A DNA stretch of 64,000 nucleotides from an uncultured Gemmatimonadaceae bacterium. Its GTDB lineage: Bacteria > Gemmatimonadota > Gemmatimonadetes > Gemmatimonadales > Gemmatimonadaceae. The stretch lies in assembly GCA_963740355.1 (NCBI GenBank), contig CAVUDW010000003.1:224001-288000 (forward strand). Reading direction: 5' to 3'. The notes beneath the pieces are model-generated. The model had not been told where the DNA came from, made no database searches, and saw only the letters and a program-made list of their open reading frames with translations. A program made the translations under genes and the position numbers. Shown piece after piece: positions 29,164-39,905 of this stretch (positions are counted from its first letter, which is position 1; each line of letters opens with the position of its first letter).

Positions 29164-31335
29164 ATGGTCCGTCGCGTCCTTGTTGCCGCCATCCTCGCGT
29201 CCCTCGTCCCGGCTCGCTCGTCGGCCCAACCCGCGCGAACGCCGTTGACGATCGAACGTTTCGTTTCGTCGCCGTCGCTGACCGGGGTGACGCCAGTCAA
29301 TCCGCTCTGGTCGCCGAATTCACAGCGCCTCGCGTTCCTGTGGAACGATGCCGGCGTTGGAGCGCGGACGCTGTTCCTGGTCGATCGGGCAGGCGGAGCT
29401 CCAACGCGACTGCTGCCGGCGAGCAACGTGGCGCCAGTCAGCGACTTTACGTGGAGTCCTTCCGGCGATGCGATCTATTTCCTGCAGGCCGGCGACATCT
29501 GGCGCGTGGCAAACTCCGGCGGAGCGGCGGAACGTCTCACGACCGATGGCGGTGAGAAGTCGGATTTGGCGGTATCACCGAATGCTGCGACGATCTCGTT
29601 CCTTCGAGACGGTGAGCTCTGGTTGATGCCTCTGGCATCGAGGGCCCCGGTTCGCGCGACCTCCGTGTCCGCGCCACCCATCGGGACGGTGCCGCTGGGA
29701 AACTACTTCCGCAACGATGCCGAGATCGGGAGCGCGACGTGGGGTGGTGATGCGCCTGCCTACAGCTGGTCGCCAGACTCACGCGCGATCGCGGTGCATT
29801 TCGTCGACCGTCGCGGTGTACCGACCCTGCGCATCCCGTACTACCTCGGCGACTCGACCAGCCTGAACACCGTGCGACGCAGTGCACCGGGTACGGCCAA
29901 CGAGGTACGCAAGGTCGGGGTGCTGGACGTGGAAACGCGAGCGCTGCGTTTCGTCGAGCTGCCGGACTCCAGCGCCACACGGATCGTCAACTTTGCCTGG
30001 TCTCCAACGGGTGTGCTGCTCATCGACCGGGAGAGCGACGACGCAATCGATCGTGGACTGTATCTCGTCTCGCCGGGCACCGTCACGCCGCGGCGTATCT
30101 GGCACGATCACCGTGAGTCACGCATCTACAATGACGTGGCGTCTGCGTGGAGCGGTGATGGAATCCGCATCCTGCTGACCGGCGATCTCAGCGATCGGTA
30201 CCGCCTCTACCTGCTGACCGCCGGCGACACCACGCCACAAGCGCTGACGCCGGCGGAATTCGACGTCGCTGGCGCGGGGATCGCGAATGCGGCGACCCGC
30301 TCGATCACCTATGTCAGTGCGGAGCCACTACCATCGGAGCGACATGTGTGGCGGATGGACGCGAACGGGGCACATTGTCGTCGACTGACGACGCGCCCGG
30401 GGACGCACACACCGTTCGTGTCGCCAGATGGGCGGACGGTTGCGCTGCTGTCGTCCGACGACGTCACGCCAACGGAGCTCTACCTGCTCGACACGCGGCC
30501 CGGTGCTGCCGAGCGGCGCGTCACGCGGAGTCAGGCCACGGATTTTGGAACGACACCGTGGATACGCGGCACCTACGTCACGTTCCGCAGCCGAACCGAC
30601 ACGCCGCCCCTGCACGCCAGGATCCTCTACCCGCCGAATCTCGACTCGACGAAGAAATACCCCGTCCTCTTCGGCCCGGTGTACTCCAACACCGTACGCA
30701 ACCGATGGGAGGGCCGCTACGCAGTCCTGCAGCAGTACCTGGCGCTGGAGAAAGGCTACATCGTCGTGCAGGTCGACGTCCGGGGAAGCACCGGCTATGG
30801 CCGTGATTTCCGAGAGAAATTCCTGATGGACTGGGGTGGCCAGGATCTGGAAGATCTCGAGAGTGCCGTGGACTACATGAAATCCCTGCCCTTCGTCGAC
30901 GGATCGCGATTCGGCATCTGGGGCAGCAGTTACGGCGGCACGCTCACGGTGTACTCGCTGCTGCGAAAGCCCGGCCTCTTCGCGGCTGGCGTGGCCGGCG
31001 CGCCAGCCACCGATCCGAAGTTCTTCGGCAGCGACGACGTCGCCATCGCGCGGCGCCCGCAAACGCACCCGCAGTCATTCACGCGCGGTGCGCTGCAGTA
31101 TGCGGGCAACCTTCGCGACCACCTGCTGATCATTCACGGGATGGAGGACGACGTCGTGCCGTTCGCCACCAGCGTCGCCCTCGCGGAGGAATTCATGCGA
31201 CTTGGAAAGTCCTTCGACTTCGCGTTTGCGCCCTCCGCGACGCACGGATGGACGCAGCGCCCGTATTACGCCACCTACCTCATGCACCGCCTGGTGGATC
31301 ATTTCGACCGATACCTTGGTCCGGGGCCGAGGTAG
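29164..31335 (+). CDS. S9B dipeptidyl-peptidase IV-like serine peptidase, secreted
   Basis: Signal peptide, beta-propeller WSP repeats, DVRGSTGYG, GSSYGG (Ser), HGMEDDVV (Asp) and ATHG (His). Confidence 0.9.
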   Translation: MVRRVLVAAILASLVPARSSAQPARTPLTIERFVSSPSLTGVTPVNPLWSPNSQRLAFLWNDAGVGARTLFLVDRAGGAPTRLLPASNVAPVSDFTWSPSGDAIYFLQAGDIWRVANSGGAAERLTTDGGEKSDLAVSPNAATISFLRDGELWLMPLASRAPVRATSVSAPPIGTVPLGNYFRNDAEIGSATWGGDAPAYSWSPDSRAIAVHFVDRRGVPTLRIPYYLGDSTSLNTVRRSAPGTANEVRKVGVLDVETRALRFVELPDSSATRIVNFAWSPTGVLLIDRESDDAIDRGLYLVSPGTVTPRRIWHDHRESRIYNDVASAWSGDGIRILLTGDLSDRYRLYLLTAGDTTPQALTPAEFDVAGAGIANAATRSITYVSAEPLPSERHVWRMDANGAHCRRLTTRPGTHTPFVSPDGRTVALLSSDDVTPTELYLLDTRPGAAERRVTRSQATDFGTTPWIRGTYVTFRSRTDTPPLHARILYPPNLDSTKKYPVLFGPVYSNTVRNRWEGRYAVLQQYLALEKGYIVVQVDVRGSTGYGRDFREKFLMDWGGQDLEDLESAVDYMKSLPFVDGSRFGIWGSSYGGTLTVYSLLRKPGLFAAGVAGAPATDPKFFGSDDVAIARRPQTHPQSFTRGALQYAGNLRDHLLIIHGMEDDVVPFATSVALAEEFMRLGKSFDFAFAPSATHGWTQRPYYATYLMHRLVDHFDRYLGPGPR

Positions 31336-32437
31336 GTACGCACGAGAGCAGTCGCTCGACCACGCCGTCACCGAATGCAGACGTTGAACAGGCTGGCTGG
31401 CCGGGGGCCGCGCAGTCTGCCGTACGCAGACCACCCGCAATCGCATCGAACACCGCGGCCTCGATCGCCGCTGAATCGTCTTCGAGGCCCAGCGAATGAC
31501 GCAGCATGAGGGCAACGGAGAGGATCGCACCGGCAGGATTCGCGATGCCCTTCCCGGCAATGTCCGGCGCCGAGCCATGAATCGGCTCGTACAGTCCGCG
31601 GCGCAAGCCGTTCGTGCTCGCGTTGCCCAGCGAGGCGGAAGGCAAGACGCCGATGGACCCAGCCAGCACCGCCGCTTCATCGGTCAGGATGTCACCGAAG
31701 AGATTTTCCGTCACCACGACATCGAAGCGTGACGGATTGGTGATCAGGTGCATCGCGAAGGAGTCCACGAGTGCGTGTTCGAGCACGACATCGGGGAACT
31801 CGTCGCGCAGGACACGCGTGGTCACCTCGCGCCACAACCGCGACGTCGCCAGCACATTGGACTTGTCCACCGAGAGCAGCTTGCCGCGCCGCGACCGCGC
31901 GATGGCCGCCGCCATTCGCACCACCCGCTCCACCTCCTCGGCCGTGTAGACACAGAGGTCTGACGCGCGGGTCGAGGCGCCCGCAGCATTGCGCTCGTGG
32001 GTCTTCTCGCCGAAGTAGAGTCCACCGGTCAGCTCCCGCACAAAAAGGATATCTACATCCTTTAACAACTCCGGCTTCAGTGGCGCCGCCGAGGCCAGTG
32101 CGGGGTGCACCGCCACCGGCCGAAGGTTGGCATACACGCCAAGCAGGGCGCGCAGCCCCAGCAGTCCCTGCTCCGGGCGCACGGTGGCCGCTGGGTCACT
32201 CCACTTCGGGCCACCAACGGCGCCGAGCAGCACGGCATCGGACTGCGTCACGCAGTCGCGAGTCGCGGCCGGCAGTGGATCGCCCGTCTCATCGATCGCA
32301 ATCCCACCAATCAGCGCCTCGCGAAACTCGAACTGATGGTCGCCGCGCTCCGCCACGCACTGCAGCACGCGTACTGCTTGCGCCGTGACTTCGGTGCCCA
32401 CCCCGTCGCCGGCAAGGACGGCAATCACTGCGCGCAT
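31280..32437 (-). CDS. leuB: 3-isopropylmalate dehydrogenase
   Basis: GDGVGTEV, GAVGGPKW, RELTGGLYFG, ENLFGDILTD and EPIHGSAPDIAG. Confidence 0.96.
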   Translation of the reverse strand: MRAVIAVLAGDGVGTEVTAQAVRVLQCVAERGDHQFEFREALIGGIAIDETGDPLPAATRDCVTQSDAVLLGAVGGPKWSDPAATVRPEQGLLGLRALLGVYANLRPVAVHPALASAAPLKPELLKDVDILFVRELTGGLYFGEKTHERNAAGASTRASDLCVYTAEEVERVVRMAAAIARSRRGKLLSVDKSNVLATSRLWREVTTRVLRDEFPDVVLEHALVDSFAMHLITNPSRFDVVVTENLFGDILTDEAAVLAGSIGVLPSASLGNASTNGLRRGLYEPIHGSAPDIAGKGIANPAGAILSVALMLRHSLGLEDDSAAIEAAVFDAIAGGLRTADCAAPGQPACSTSAFGDGVVERLLSCVPTSAPDQGIGRNDPPGGA

Positions 32438-33018
32438 GCAGCCTCCCAGGCCTGAATCGCCGGCAGCTCGGCCAGCAATGCGCCCAGCTCGTCCAGCCCA
32501 TCGATCAGGCATCGCTTGCTGAAGCCATCGATCGCGAACGCGACCTGCGTGCCATCCGGAAGCGTCACCGATTGGCGAGGCAGGTCGACGGTGATGGCAG
32601 CTGTGGGATCGTCGCGGAGTGCCGCATGCGTCGCCCCCAGAACCTCGTCAGTCAGCGCAATCGTCAACACACCATTCTTGTGCGCATTGGAGCGGAAGAT
32701 GTCGGCGAACGAGGAGGCGATCACGGCGCGGAAGCCCCAGTCATTGAGCGCCCACGGCGCATGTTCTCGACTGGAGCCACAGCCGAAGTTGCGTCCACCG
32801 ACGAGAATCTGCGCTCCAGCGGAGGTTGCCGCATTGAGCTCGAATTCCGGCCTCGGGCTCCCATCGGATTCATAGCGCCAGTCTGCGAACAGGTGGCGAC
32901 CGAGCCCGCTGCGTGTGGTGGTGGTGAGGAACCGGGCCGGAATGATCTGGTCGGTATCGATATCATCACGCGCAACCAGGACAGCGTGCGACGACAGTGG
33001 TGTCCAGGGCTGGCTCAC
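32425..33018 (-). CDS. leuD: 3-isopropylmalate dehydratase small subunit
   Basis: [28 protein letters not shown] and SFADIF. GTG start overlaps the leuC stop. Confidence 0.96.
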   Translation of the reverse strand: MSQPWTPLSSHAVLVARDDIDTDQIIPARFLTTTTRSGLGRHLFADWRYESDGSPRPEFELNAATSAGAQILVGGRNFGCGSSREHAPWALNDWGFRAVIASSFADIFRSNAHKNGVLTIALTDEVLGATHAALRDDPTAAITVDLPRQSVTLPDGTQVAFAIDGFSKRCLIDGLDELGALLAELPAIQAWEAACAQ

Positions 33019-34418
33019 AGGAGACTCCGGGGGTCGGCGACGACGCCTGCGACTGCCGATGCCGCCGCAGTGAGGGGCGAGGCGAGCAGGGTGCGAGCCC
33101 CCTTCCCCTGTCGGCCCTCGAAGTTGCGATTGCTGGTGCTGACGGCGTACTGCCCACTGGCCACCGTGTCGCCGTTCATCGCGATACACATCGAACACCC
33201 GCTCTCGCGCCACTCGGCACCGGCGGCGCGGAAGATGTCCGCCAGGCCTTCGCGTTCCGCATCACGCTTCACCCGCTGTGATCCGGGGACCACCAGCATG
33301 CGCGTGTTGGCCGCTACGTGACGCCCTTTCATCACGCCAGCCGCGGCGCGCAGGTCCTCCATCCGTCCATTGGTGCAGCTGCCGACGAAGACCACGTCAA
33401 CCGGCTGGCCGAGCAGGCTCTGGCCCGGCCGCAGGCCCATGTACGCGTACGCGCGCTCATTGGCTGAATCCGGGATCACAGACGATGACGGCACGAAACC
33501 ATCAACCGGAATCGCCATGCCGGGATTTGTCCCCCAGGTGATCATCGGGGCGATCTCGGAGGCGTCGAGTACCACACTCCGGTCGAAGGTTGCCCCTTCG
33601 TCGGTTGCCAACTCGAACCAGCGCCCCATCGCGTCGCGCCACGCATCGCCGGCCGGGGCCTGAGCACGACCCGCAAGCCACGCAAAGGTCGTCATGTCGG
33701 GAGCGATCATGCCTGCCCGCGCACCGGCCTCGATGCTCATGTTGCACACCGTCATGCGCCCTTCCATGTCGAGGGCACGAATCGCCTCGCCACGATACTC
33801 GATCACATGCCCGGTACCGCCACCGACGCCGATCTTCGCGATCACCGCCAGGATCAGGTCCTTGGCCGAGACGCCCGGGCCCAACCTGCCGTCAACGCGA
33901 ACCTCCATCGTCTTCGGTCGCGACTGCAGCAGGCATTGCGTCGCGAGCACATGACCGACCTCGCTGGTACCGATGCCAAACGCCAGTGCGCCGAATGCAC
34001 CGTGCGTGCTGGTGTGGCTGTCACCGCAGACGATGGTCATGCCCGGCTGCGTGCGTCCCAATTCGGGGCCGATCACGTGCACGATGCCGCGCCGATCGTC
34101 GCCAAGGCCATACAGCGGGATGTCATGTTCCGCGCAATTCGCTGCCAGTGCGTCGAGTTGCTTGCTGGCCGCCGGATCGATCACGGTCAACCGCCCGCCG
34201 GTGGCGATGGTGGGCGTCGAGTGGTCCATCGTCGCGATGGTGCGATCGGGGCGACGGACCTTCAATCCCCGTTCGCGAAGCACGGTGAAAGCCTGTGGTG
34301 ATGTCACCTCGTGCACCAGGTGAAGATCGATGTAGAGCACCGATGGCGCATCACCTGCCCCCTCGCGAACGACGTGCGCCTCCCAGACCTTCTCGAACAG
34401 CGTCCGCGGCTTGCTCAT
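33015..34418 (-). CDS. leuC: 3-isopropylmalate dehydratase large subunit
   Basis: [38 protein letters not shown] and [12 protein letters not shown]. Confidence 0.97.
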   Translation of the reverse strand: MSKPRTLFEKVWEAHVVREGAGDAPSVLYIDLHLVHEVTSPQAFTVLRERGLKVRRPDRTIATMDHSTPTIATGGRLTVIDPAASKQLDALAANCAEHDIPLYGLGDDRRGIVHVIGPELGRTQPGMTIVCGDSHTSTHGAFGALAFGIGTSEVGHVLATQCLLQSRPKTMEVRVDGRLGPGVSAKDLILAVIAKIGVGGGTGHVIEYRGEAIRALDMEGRMTVCNMSIEAGARAGMIAPDMTTFAWLAGRAQAPAGDAWRDAMGRWFELATDEGATFDRSVVLDASEIAPMITWGTNPGMAIPVDGFVPSSSVIPDSANERAYAYMGLRPGQSLLGQPVDVVFVGSCTNGRMEDLRAAAGVMKGRHVAANTRMLVVPGSQRVKRDAEREGLADIFRAAGAEWRESGCSMCIAMNGDTVASGQYAVSTSNRNFEGRQGKGARTLLASPLTAAASAVAGVVADPRSLL

Positions 34419-36019
34419 GCCGCCACCGCCGACATCAGCCTGGCGCGCGTGCGGAGCAGTCCATTGACGGCCGCGACATAGGCTTCAGCGGTGGCCACGA
34501 TGATGTCGGTGTGCACACCGAACCCGCTGGCCGTGACCTTCGGGCCGTCGTCGGGGATCGGGCTCTCCGACTCATCGCTCGGGACCGTCCGCTCGCGCAG
34601 GCGGATCGAGACACCACCAACCGCATTGATCCCTTCCGCAGCCGCATCGACCGCGAATTCGATCAACTCACCCACATCGCCGACGCATTCGTTGATCGCG
34701 CGACAGACTGCATCGACCGGCCCATCGCCCTGTGCCGCTGCCACCAACTCACGGTCGTCCGGCCCACGCAGCTTGACGGTTGCGGTGGGAATGGCATGGG
34801 TGCCGCAGGAGACCTGCACCAGTTCGAGCCGGTATGTCGACGTGCCGCGGTGGGTCTCGCCGGCGACAATCACTTCCAGCTCTCGATCATCCACGACCTT
34901 CTTGCGATCGGCAACCTCCTTGAATCGCGCGAACACCGCATCACACTCGGCATCCTGCAGCACATGACCGAGCGTTGCGAGGTGTGCGCGCAGGGCGGCG
35001 CGTCCGGAGTGCTTGCCGAGGACCAGTCGCCCGCCCTCGAGACCGACGTGCTCGGCGTGCATGATCTCGTACGTGTCGCGGTTCTTCAGCATGCCATCCT
35101 GATGAATGCCCGCCTCGTGCGCGAAGGCGTTAGCGCCGACGATCGCCTTGTTCGGCGGAACACGCACGCCGGTACAGCGCGAGACCAGCCGTGATGCGCG
35201 GCCGATCTCCTCCGTGCGCAATGCGGTGTCGGCGCCATAACGGCCGCGACGCGTACGCAATGCCATCACCACTTCCTCGAGCGCCGCGTTGCCGGCGCGC
35301 TCTCCCAGGCCGTTGATCGTGCACTCGATCTGCCGTGCGCCAGCCTGCACACCGGCGAGCGAGTTGGCCACGGCAAGGCCGAGGTCATCGTGGCAATGCG
35401 TCGAAATCGTGATGTCACTGCGGTCGCCGACCACTTCGGTGCGAATACCACTGATGAGCGCGAAATATTCGTCCGGCGTGGAGTAGCCGACGGTATCCGG
35501 GATGTTGAGCGTGGTGGCGCCGGCGTCGATCGCGGCGCGCAGCACCTCGTGCAGGAACACGACGTCACTGCGGGATGCGTCCTCTGGAGAAAACTCGACG
35601 TCCTCGACGAAGCTGCGCGCGTAGGCCACCATCTCCGACACTCGTGTCAACACCTGCTCACGCGTCATCTGCAGCTTGAACTGCAGATGCACGTCCGAGG
35701 TGGCGAGGAAGGTGTGAATGCGTCGGCGTGGCGCGGTGGCGAGTGCCGTCGCTGCTGCCTCGATATCCTTGCGTGTGGCTCGAGCCAGCCCGCAGATGAT
35801 CGGCGACTCCGGCCACTCCTTCGCATCCTCACAAATCGCGCGAACCGCATCCCAGTCGCCCGGTGAGGCGGCCGGGAAGCCCGCCTCGATCACATCCACG
35901 CCAAGCCGCGCCAGCTGCCGAGCGACCTGACGTTTTTCCTCGACCGTCATGGAGCAGCCCGGTGCCTGCTCGCCATCGCGCAGCGTGGTGTCGAAAATTC
36001 GTACGATGTCGTCGTTCAT
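34415..36019 (-). CDS. leuA: 2-isopropylmalate synthase
   Basis: [33 protein letters not shown] and a C-terminal regulatory domain (GDGPVDA). Confidence 0.96.
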   Translation of the reverse strand: MNDDIVRIFDTTLRDGEQAPGCSMTVEEKRQVARQLARLGVDVIEAGFPAASPGDWDAVRAICEDAKEWPESPIICGLARATRKDIEAAATALATAPRRRIHTFLATSDVHLQFKLQMTREQVLTRVSEMVAYARSFVEDVEFSPEDASRSDVVFLHEVLRAAIDAGATTLNIPDTVGYSTPDEYFALISGIRTEVVGDRSDITISTHCHDDLGLAVANSLAGVQAGARQIECTINGLGERAGNAALEEVVMALRTRRGRYGADTALRTEEIGRASRLVSRCTGVRVPPNKAIVGANAFAHEAGIHQDGMLKNRDTYEIMHAEHVGLEGGRLVLGKHSGRAALRAHLATLGHVLQDAECDAVFARFKEVADRKKVVDDRELEVIVAGETHRGTSTYRLELVQVSCGTHAIPTATVKLRGPDDRELVAAAQGDGPVDAVCRAINECVGDVGELIEFAVDAAAEGINAVGGVSIRLRERTVPSDESESPIPDDGPKVTASGFGVHTDIIVATAEAYVAAVNGLLRTRARLMSAVAA

Positions 36020-37083
36020 ACCGCTCCCGTGGCGTCAGCCGTCGCGACCGCGGGCGTACGTTCGACGGCACCGACATCGGGCCGCACGACCTTCGCATGA
36101 AGGAACGGCATCAGTTCGCGCAGGCGCACGCCAACCTGCTCGATCGGATGCTCGGTATCGGCGCGACGAGCGGCGGTGAAGTTCGGGCGCCCGGCTTCGT
36201 TCTCCGCCACCCACGCCCGAGCGAAGGTGCCATCGCGGATTTCATCGAGAATCTTCTTCATCTCGGCCTTCGTCTGCGCCGTGACGATGCGCGGACCGGC
36301 GGTGTAGTCACCGTATTCTGCCGTGTCGGAGACGGAGTACCGCATGTAATTCAGGCCGCCCTGGTACATGAGGTCCACGATCAGCTTCAGCTCGTGCAGG
36401 CACTCGAAGTACGCCATCTCGGGCTGATATCCCGCTTCGGTGAGTGTCTCGAAGCCGGCCTTCACCAGTGCCGACACGCCACCACAGAGCACCGCCTGTT
36501 CGCCGAACAGGTCCGTCTCGGTCTCCTCGGCGAACGACGTCTCGATCACGCCGGCACGGGTGCAGCCGATGGCGCGGGCGTAGGCGAGTGCATCCTCACG
36601 CGCATGACCGGATGCGTCGATGTGCACCGCAATCAGGCCCGGCACGCCACCACCATCCTGATACAGCTCGCGCACGCGGTGCCCGGGGGACTTCGGTGCG
36701 ATCAGCGCGACATCGACGCCAGCCGGTGGATGAATCAGCTGGAAGTGGATATTGAAGCCATGCGCGAACAGCAAGGTCTTGCCCGGCGTCATGGTCGGCG
36801 CGATGTCGCGTTCGTAGATCGACTTCTGTTCCGTGTCTGGCGCCAGGATCATGATCAGCTGCGCCTCGGCCGCGGCATCGGCGACCGTACGCACACGGAG
36901 ACCCGCCGCCTCCGCAGCCGCCCAACTCTTCGATCCCCTGCGCAGGCCTACGCGCACGTCGCAGCCACTTTCCTTCAGGTTCAATGCATGCGCATGGCCC
37001 TGGCTGCCATAGCCGATGATGGCGATCGGTCGGCCCTGCAGGCGCGTGGCATCGGCATCATGATCGTAGTAGACGCGGGTCAC
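36016..37083 (-). CDS. ilvC: Ketol-acid reductoisomerase
   Basis: [37 protein letters not shown] and SDTAEYG. Confidence 0.97.
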   Translation of the reverse strand: MTRVYYDHDADATRLQGRPIAIIGYGSQGHAHALNLKESGCDVRVGLRRGSKSWAAAEAAGLRVRTVADAAAEAQLIMILAPDTEQKSIYERDIAPTMTPGKTLLFAHGFNIHFQLIHPPAGVDVALIAPKSPGHRVRELYQDGGGVPGLIAVHIDASGHAREDALAYARAIGCTRAGVIETSFAEETETDLFGEQAVLCGGVSALVKAGFETLTEAGYQPEMAYFECLHELKLIVDLMYQGGLNYMRYSVSDTAEYGDYTAGPRIVTAQTKAEMKKILDEIRDGTFARAWVAENEAGRPNFTAARRADTEHPIEQVGVRLRELMPFLHAKVVRPDVGAVERTPAVATADATGAV

Positions 37084-37631
37084 GCTGCAGCCTCCTCATC
37101 GGCTGGGGCGCCGTCGGCCTGTGCGCGGTAGTGCGCAGGGGCCTCGAGCTTCTTCGGGGTGCGACCGCGCATCATCGCGAGGCGACCCGTGCGCATCAGC
37201 TCAGCCAGACCTTCGGGACGGATCATCGCGATGAATTCCTCGACGCGCTCCGGCGTGTCGGTGATCTGCACGATCAGCTCCTCCTCGCTCAGGTCGAGCA
37301 CCCGAGCGCCGTACGCGCCCACGACATCCACCAGTTCGCCGAGCCGCGTCGGCGAGGACACGATCTTCGCCAGCGCCGTCTCGCGCTGCACGGCGCGCTC
37401 GTTGGTGACATCGGTGACACCGATGACCTCGACGAGGCGATCGAGCTGCGTGACCACCTGACTGGCGTCCGTGGCATCGACGACGAGCGTCATGCGGCTG
37501 ATGCCCGGCACTTCACTCCGCCCGACGGCGAGCGACGCGATGTTGAAGCCGCGTCGACGCAGCAAGGTCACGGTGCGATGCAGAACGCCGGCGCGGTCCT
37601 GCAGGAGTGCGATCAGGGTATGCTGTGCCAT
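37080..37631 (-). CDS. ilvN: Acetolactate synthase small (regulatory) subunit
   Basis: ACT domain with [23 protein letters not shown] and RTG. Confidence 0.93.
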   Translation of the reverse strand: MAQHTLIALLQDRAGVLHRTVTLLRRRGFNIASLAVGRSEVPGISRMTLVVDATDASQVVTQLDRLVEVIGVTDVTNERAVQRETALAKIVSSPTRLGELVDVVGAYGARVLDLSEEELIVQITDTPERVEEFIAMIRPEGLAELMRTGRLAMMRGRTPKKLEAPAHYRAQADGAPADEEAAA

Positions 37632-37636
37632 CGGGG

Positions 37637-39568
37637 TCAGACCTGGGTGGTGGTGGAGGGAACGGCAGATACGGCGGCGGTTGGTGCGAGCGGCTTGGCG
37701 GTGGCCTGGGCCTTCGTGCGTGCGGATGTGGAAGCGCGAGCGGGAACAGCTGTCGCGGCGGGTGCCGCGGCGGTGACGGTTGGTGCGGACATCATCATGT
37801 CGCCGATCGCACGACCGGCCGGCACGATCGGGAAGACGTTGGCTTCACGCTCGACACGGAAGTCGATCACGACGCAGCCATTGTGCTTCCACGCTGCGGT
37901 GACCGCTGCGACGGCATCGTCAGCGTGTTCGACGCGAATGCCGGTGAGGCCATGTGCCTCCGCGAGCTTGGCGAAGTCGGGCCCCGTGAGCGGCGTGCCG
38001 CTGTAGCGCTTGCCCTCGAAGAGTTGCTGCCACTGACGAACCATGCCGAGGTAGCCGTTGTTGACGACGGCCACCTTGAGGTTCGTGAGGCCTTCCTGCG
38101 CGATGGTCGCCAATTCGCAGTTCGTCATCTGGAAACCGCCGTCGCCGACCACGACCCAGACGGTCTTCTCCGGGTCAGCGATGGCCGCACCCATGGCGGC
38201 GGGCAGCGAGAATCCCATCGTGCCGGCGCCCCCGCTGGTGATGTGGGTGCGGGGACGGCTCCAGTCGATCAATTGTGCGGCCCACATCTGGTGCTGGCCA
38301 ACGTCCGTCACGACGCGCCAATCGCTGCGATCACGAAACACCGCATTGAGTGCGTCGAAGACGTCATGCGGCATCAACGGCGCCGTGCGCTCACGTCGCG
38401 TGTACCCTTGGCGCGGGAGGTGCTCGTCGCGCATCGCGATGATCTCGTGCATCCACGCCTGCCGCGCGATGGTGCGGCCGGATGACAGCGCGACGGCAAT
38501 CGAGCGCAGGGCGGGCTTGCAGTCGGCCACGATGGCGACATCCGTGCGCACCAGCTTCCCGATCTCGGCTGCATCGATGTCGATGTGGATGATCCTGGCA
38601 TTGGGTGCGAAGGTGCTCGCCTTCCCTGTCACGCGATCATCGAACCGACTGCCCACATTGAGCAGCACATCGCAGGCCTGGATGGCGCGGTTGACGTGCA
38701 CCCAGCCATGCATTCCGGGCATGCCCAACGCGAGCGGGTGATCGTGCGGCATCGCGCCCAGTCCATGCAGCGTGGTGATGACCGGGATGCCGGTCTGCTC
38801 GGCCAGCGCACGCAGTTCACGTGTGGCACCGGATTGAATCACGCCATTGCCGGCCAGGATCACGGGGCGTTCGGCCGCTTGCAGCAGTTGCGCTGCGGCT
38901 CGGATCGCGCGCTGATCGACGTCATCGCGGGGCGCGGTAGGCCGATAGCCTGGCAGGTCCATCGGTTCGTCCCAATCAGGGACGAATCGTGCCAATTGCG
39001 CATCCTTCGTGATGTCGATCAGCACTGGGCCGGGCCGGCCGGTGCGCGCGATGTGGAACGCCTCGCGAAAGACGCGCGGCAGTTCGGTGGCATCCCGCAC
39101 GAGGAAGTTGTGCTTGGTGATGGGGACGGTGATGCCGGTGATGTCGGTTTCCTGGAAGGCATCAGTACCGAGCAGCGTACTCGGGACCTGGCCCGTGATC
39201 GCGACCAGCGGAGTGCCGTCCATCCACGCATCCGCGATCGGTGTCACGAGGTTGGTGGCGCCCGGCCCGCTGGTTCCGATGCAGACGCCCACCTGTCCGG
39301 TGGCGCGGGCGTACCCCTCGGCGGCGTGACCAGCGCCCTGTTCATGGCGGCAGAGCACATGTCGCAGCTTGGCTCGGTATTCCCACATCGCGTGGTAGAA
39401 CGGCATGATGCAGCCGCCGGGGATCCCGAACATGACCGAGACATTTTCGCGGATGAGCGCTTCGCACATCACCTGCGCGCCGGTGCGCGACGTCGACGGG
39501 ATCTCCCGGGTCGACGAGGCGGCCAGCGTGGGCTTTCGGTTGGTGATGCTGCTCGTGCTGTTGGGCAT
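37637..39568 (-). CDS. ilvB: Acetolactate synthase large subunit (biosynthetic)
   Basis: RHEQGAGHAAEGYAR, TSGPGATN, DVGQHQMW and the TPP motif GDGGFQM..NNGYLGMVRQWQ. Confidence 0.96.
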   Translation of the reverse strand: MPNSTSSITNRKPTLAASSTREIPSTSRTGAQVMCEALIRENVSVMFGIPGGCIMPFYHAMWEYRAKLRHVLCRHEQGAGHAAEGYARATGQVGVCIGTSGPGATNLVTPIADAWMDGTPLVAITGQVPSTLLGTDAFQETDITGITVPITKHNFLVRDATELPRVFREAFHIARTGRPGPVLIDITKDAQLARFVPDWDEPMDLPGYRPTAPRDDVDQRAIRAAAQLLQAAERPVILAGNGVIQSGATRELRALAEQTGIPVITTLHGLGAMPHDHPLALGMPGMHGWVHVNRAIQACDVLLNVGSRFDDRVTGKASTFAPNARIIHIDIDAAEIGKLVRTDVAIVADCKPALRSIAVALSSGRTIARQAWMHEIIAMRDEHLPRQGYTRRERTAPLMPHDVFDALNAVFRDRSDWRVVTDVGQHQMWAAQLIDWSRPRTHITSGGAGTMGFSLPAAMGAAIADPEKTVWVVVGDGGFQMTNCELATIAQEGLTNLKVAVVNNGYLGMVRQWQQLFEGKRYSGTPLTGPDFAKLAEAHGLTGIRVEHADDAVAAVTAAWKHNGCVVIDFRVEREANVFPIVPAGRAIGDMMMSAPTVTAAAPAATAVPARASTSARTKAQATAKPLAPTAAVSAVPSTTTQV

Positions 39569-39580
39569 GTAGGGGCTCGG

Positions 39581-39618
39581 AAAACGAGAAGGCCCCCTCC
39601 GCGAGCGGAGGGAGCCTT
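39581..39618 (-). terminator. Attenuator terminator upstream of ilvB
   Basis: Minus strand reads AAGGCTCCCTCCGC-TC-GCGGAGGGGGCCTT followed by CTCGTTTT. Confidence 0.75.
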
Positions 39619-39676
39619 GTGTGATCCTGCCCAAGGTCGCCCCTCCGATGATCTCGGGAGGGGCGTCGGTTCGCGG

Positions 39677-39808
39677 TTACATCGCGATCCTCAAGCCCTG
39701 CTCCCGTCCGCTAAGAAGTACGCGTACGACGAGAATCGCTGCGAGCGGAAGGCTCGCAACGAGGCTAATAAGGCTGAGGAGTCGGGACTGCTTTGGCGAA
39801 GCGAGCAT
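39677..39808 (-). CDS. Putative ilv-leu leader (attenuator) peptide, 43 aa
   Basis: MLASPKQSRLLSLISLVASLPLAAILVVRVLLSGREQGLRIAM has 18 of 43 residues L/I/V. It lies directly before two hairpins and ilvB. Confidence 0.65.
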   Translation of the reverse strand: MLASPKQSRLLSLISLVASLPLAAILVVRVLLSGREQGLRIAM

Positions 39809-39905
39809 TACTGGGGCGAAAATGGACGGTGTCCCGGGGCCGAGCAGCATCCCGAAACCACTGCCTGCAACGAAGCGCGTCGCACGTTCTGTGCGGCCGC
39901 TCTTT

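Noticed and set aside
31280..31335. 56-bp convergent overlap of leuB and the S9 peptidase
   Set aside because: It involves only a non-conserved C-terminal tail of LeuB, which is common in GC-rich genomes.
37637..37800. Ala/Thr-rich C-terminal tail of IlvB as an extra domain
   Set aside because: Low-complexity sequence, probably disordered, with no recognisable motif.
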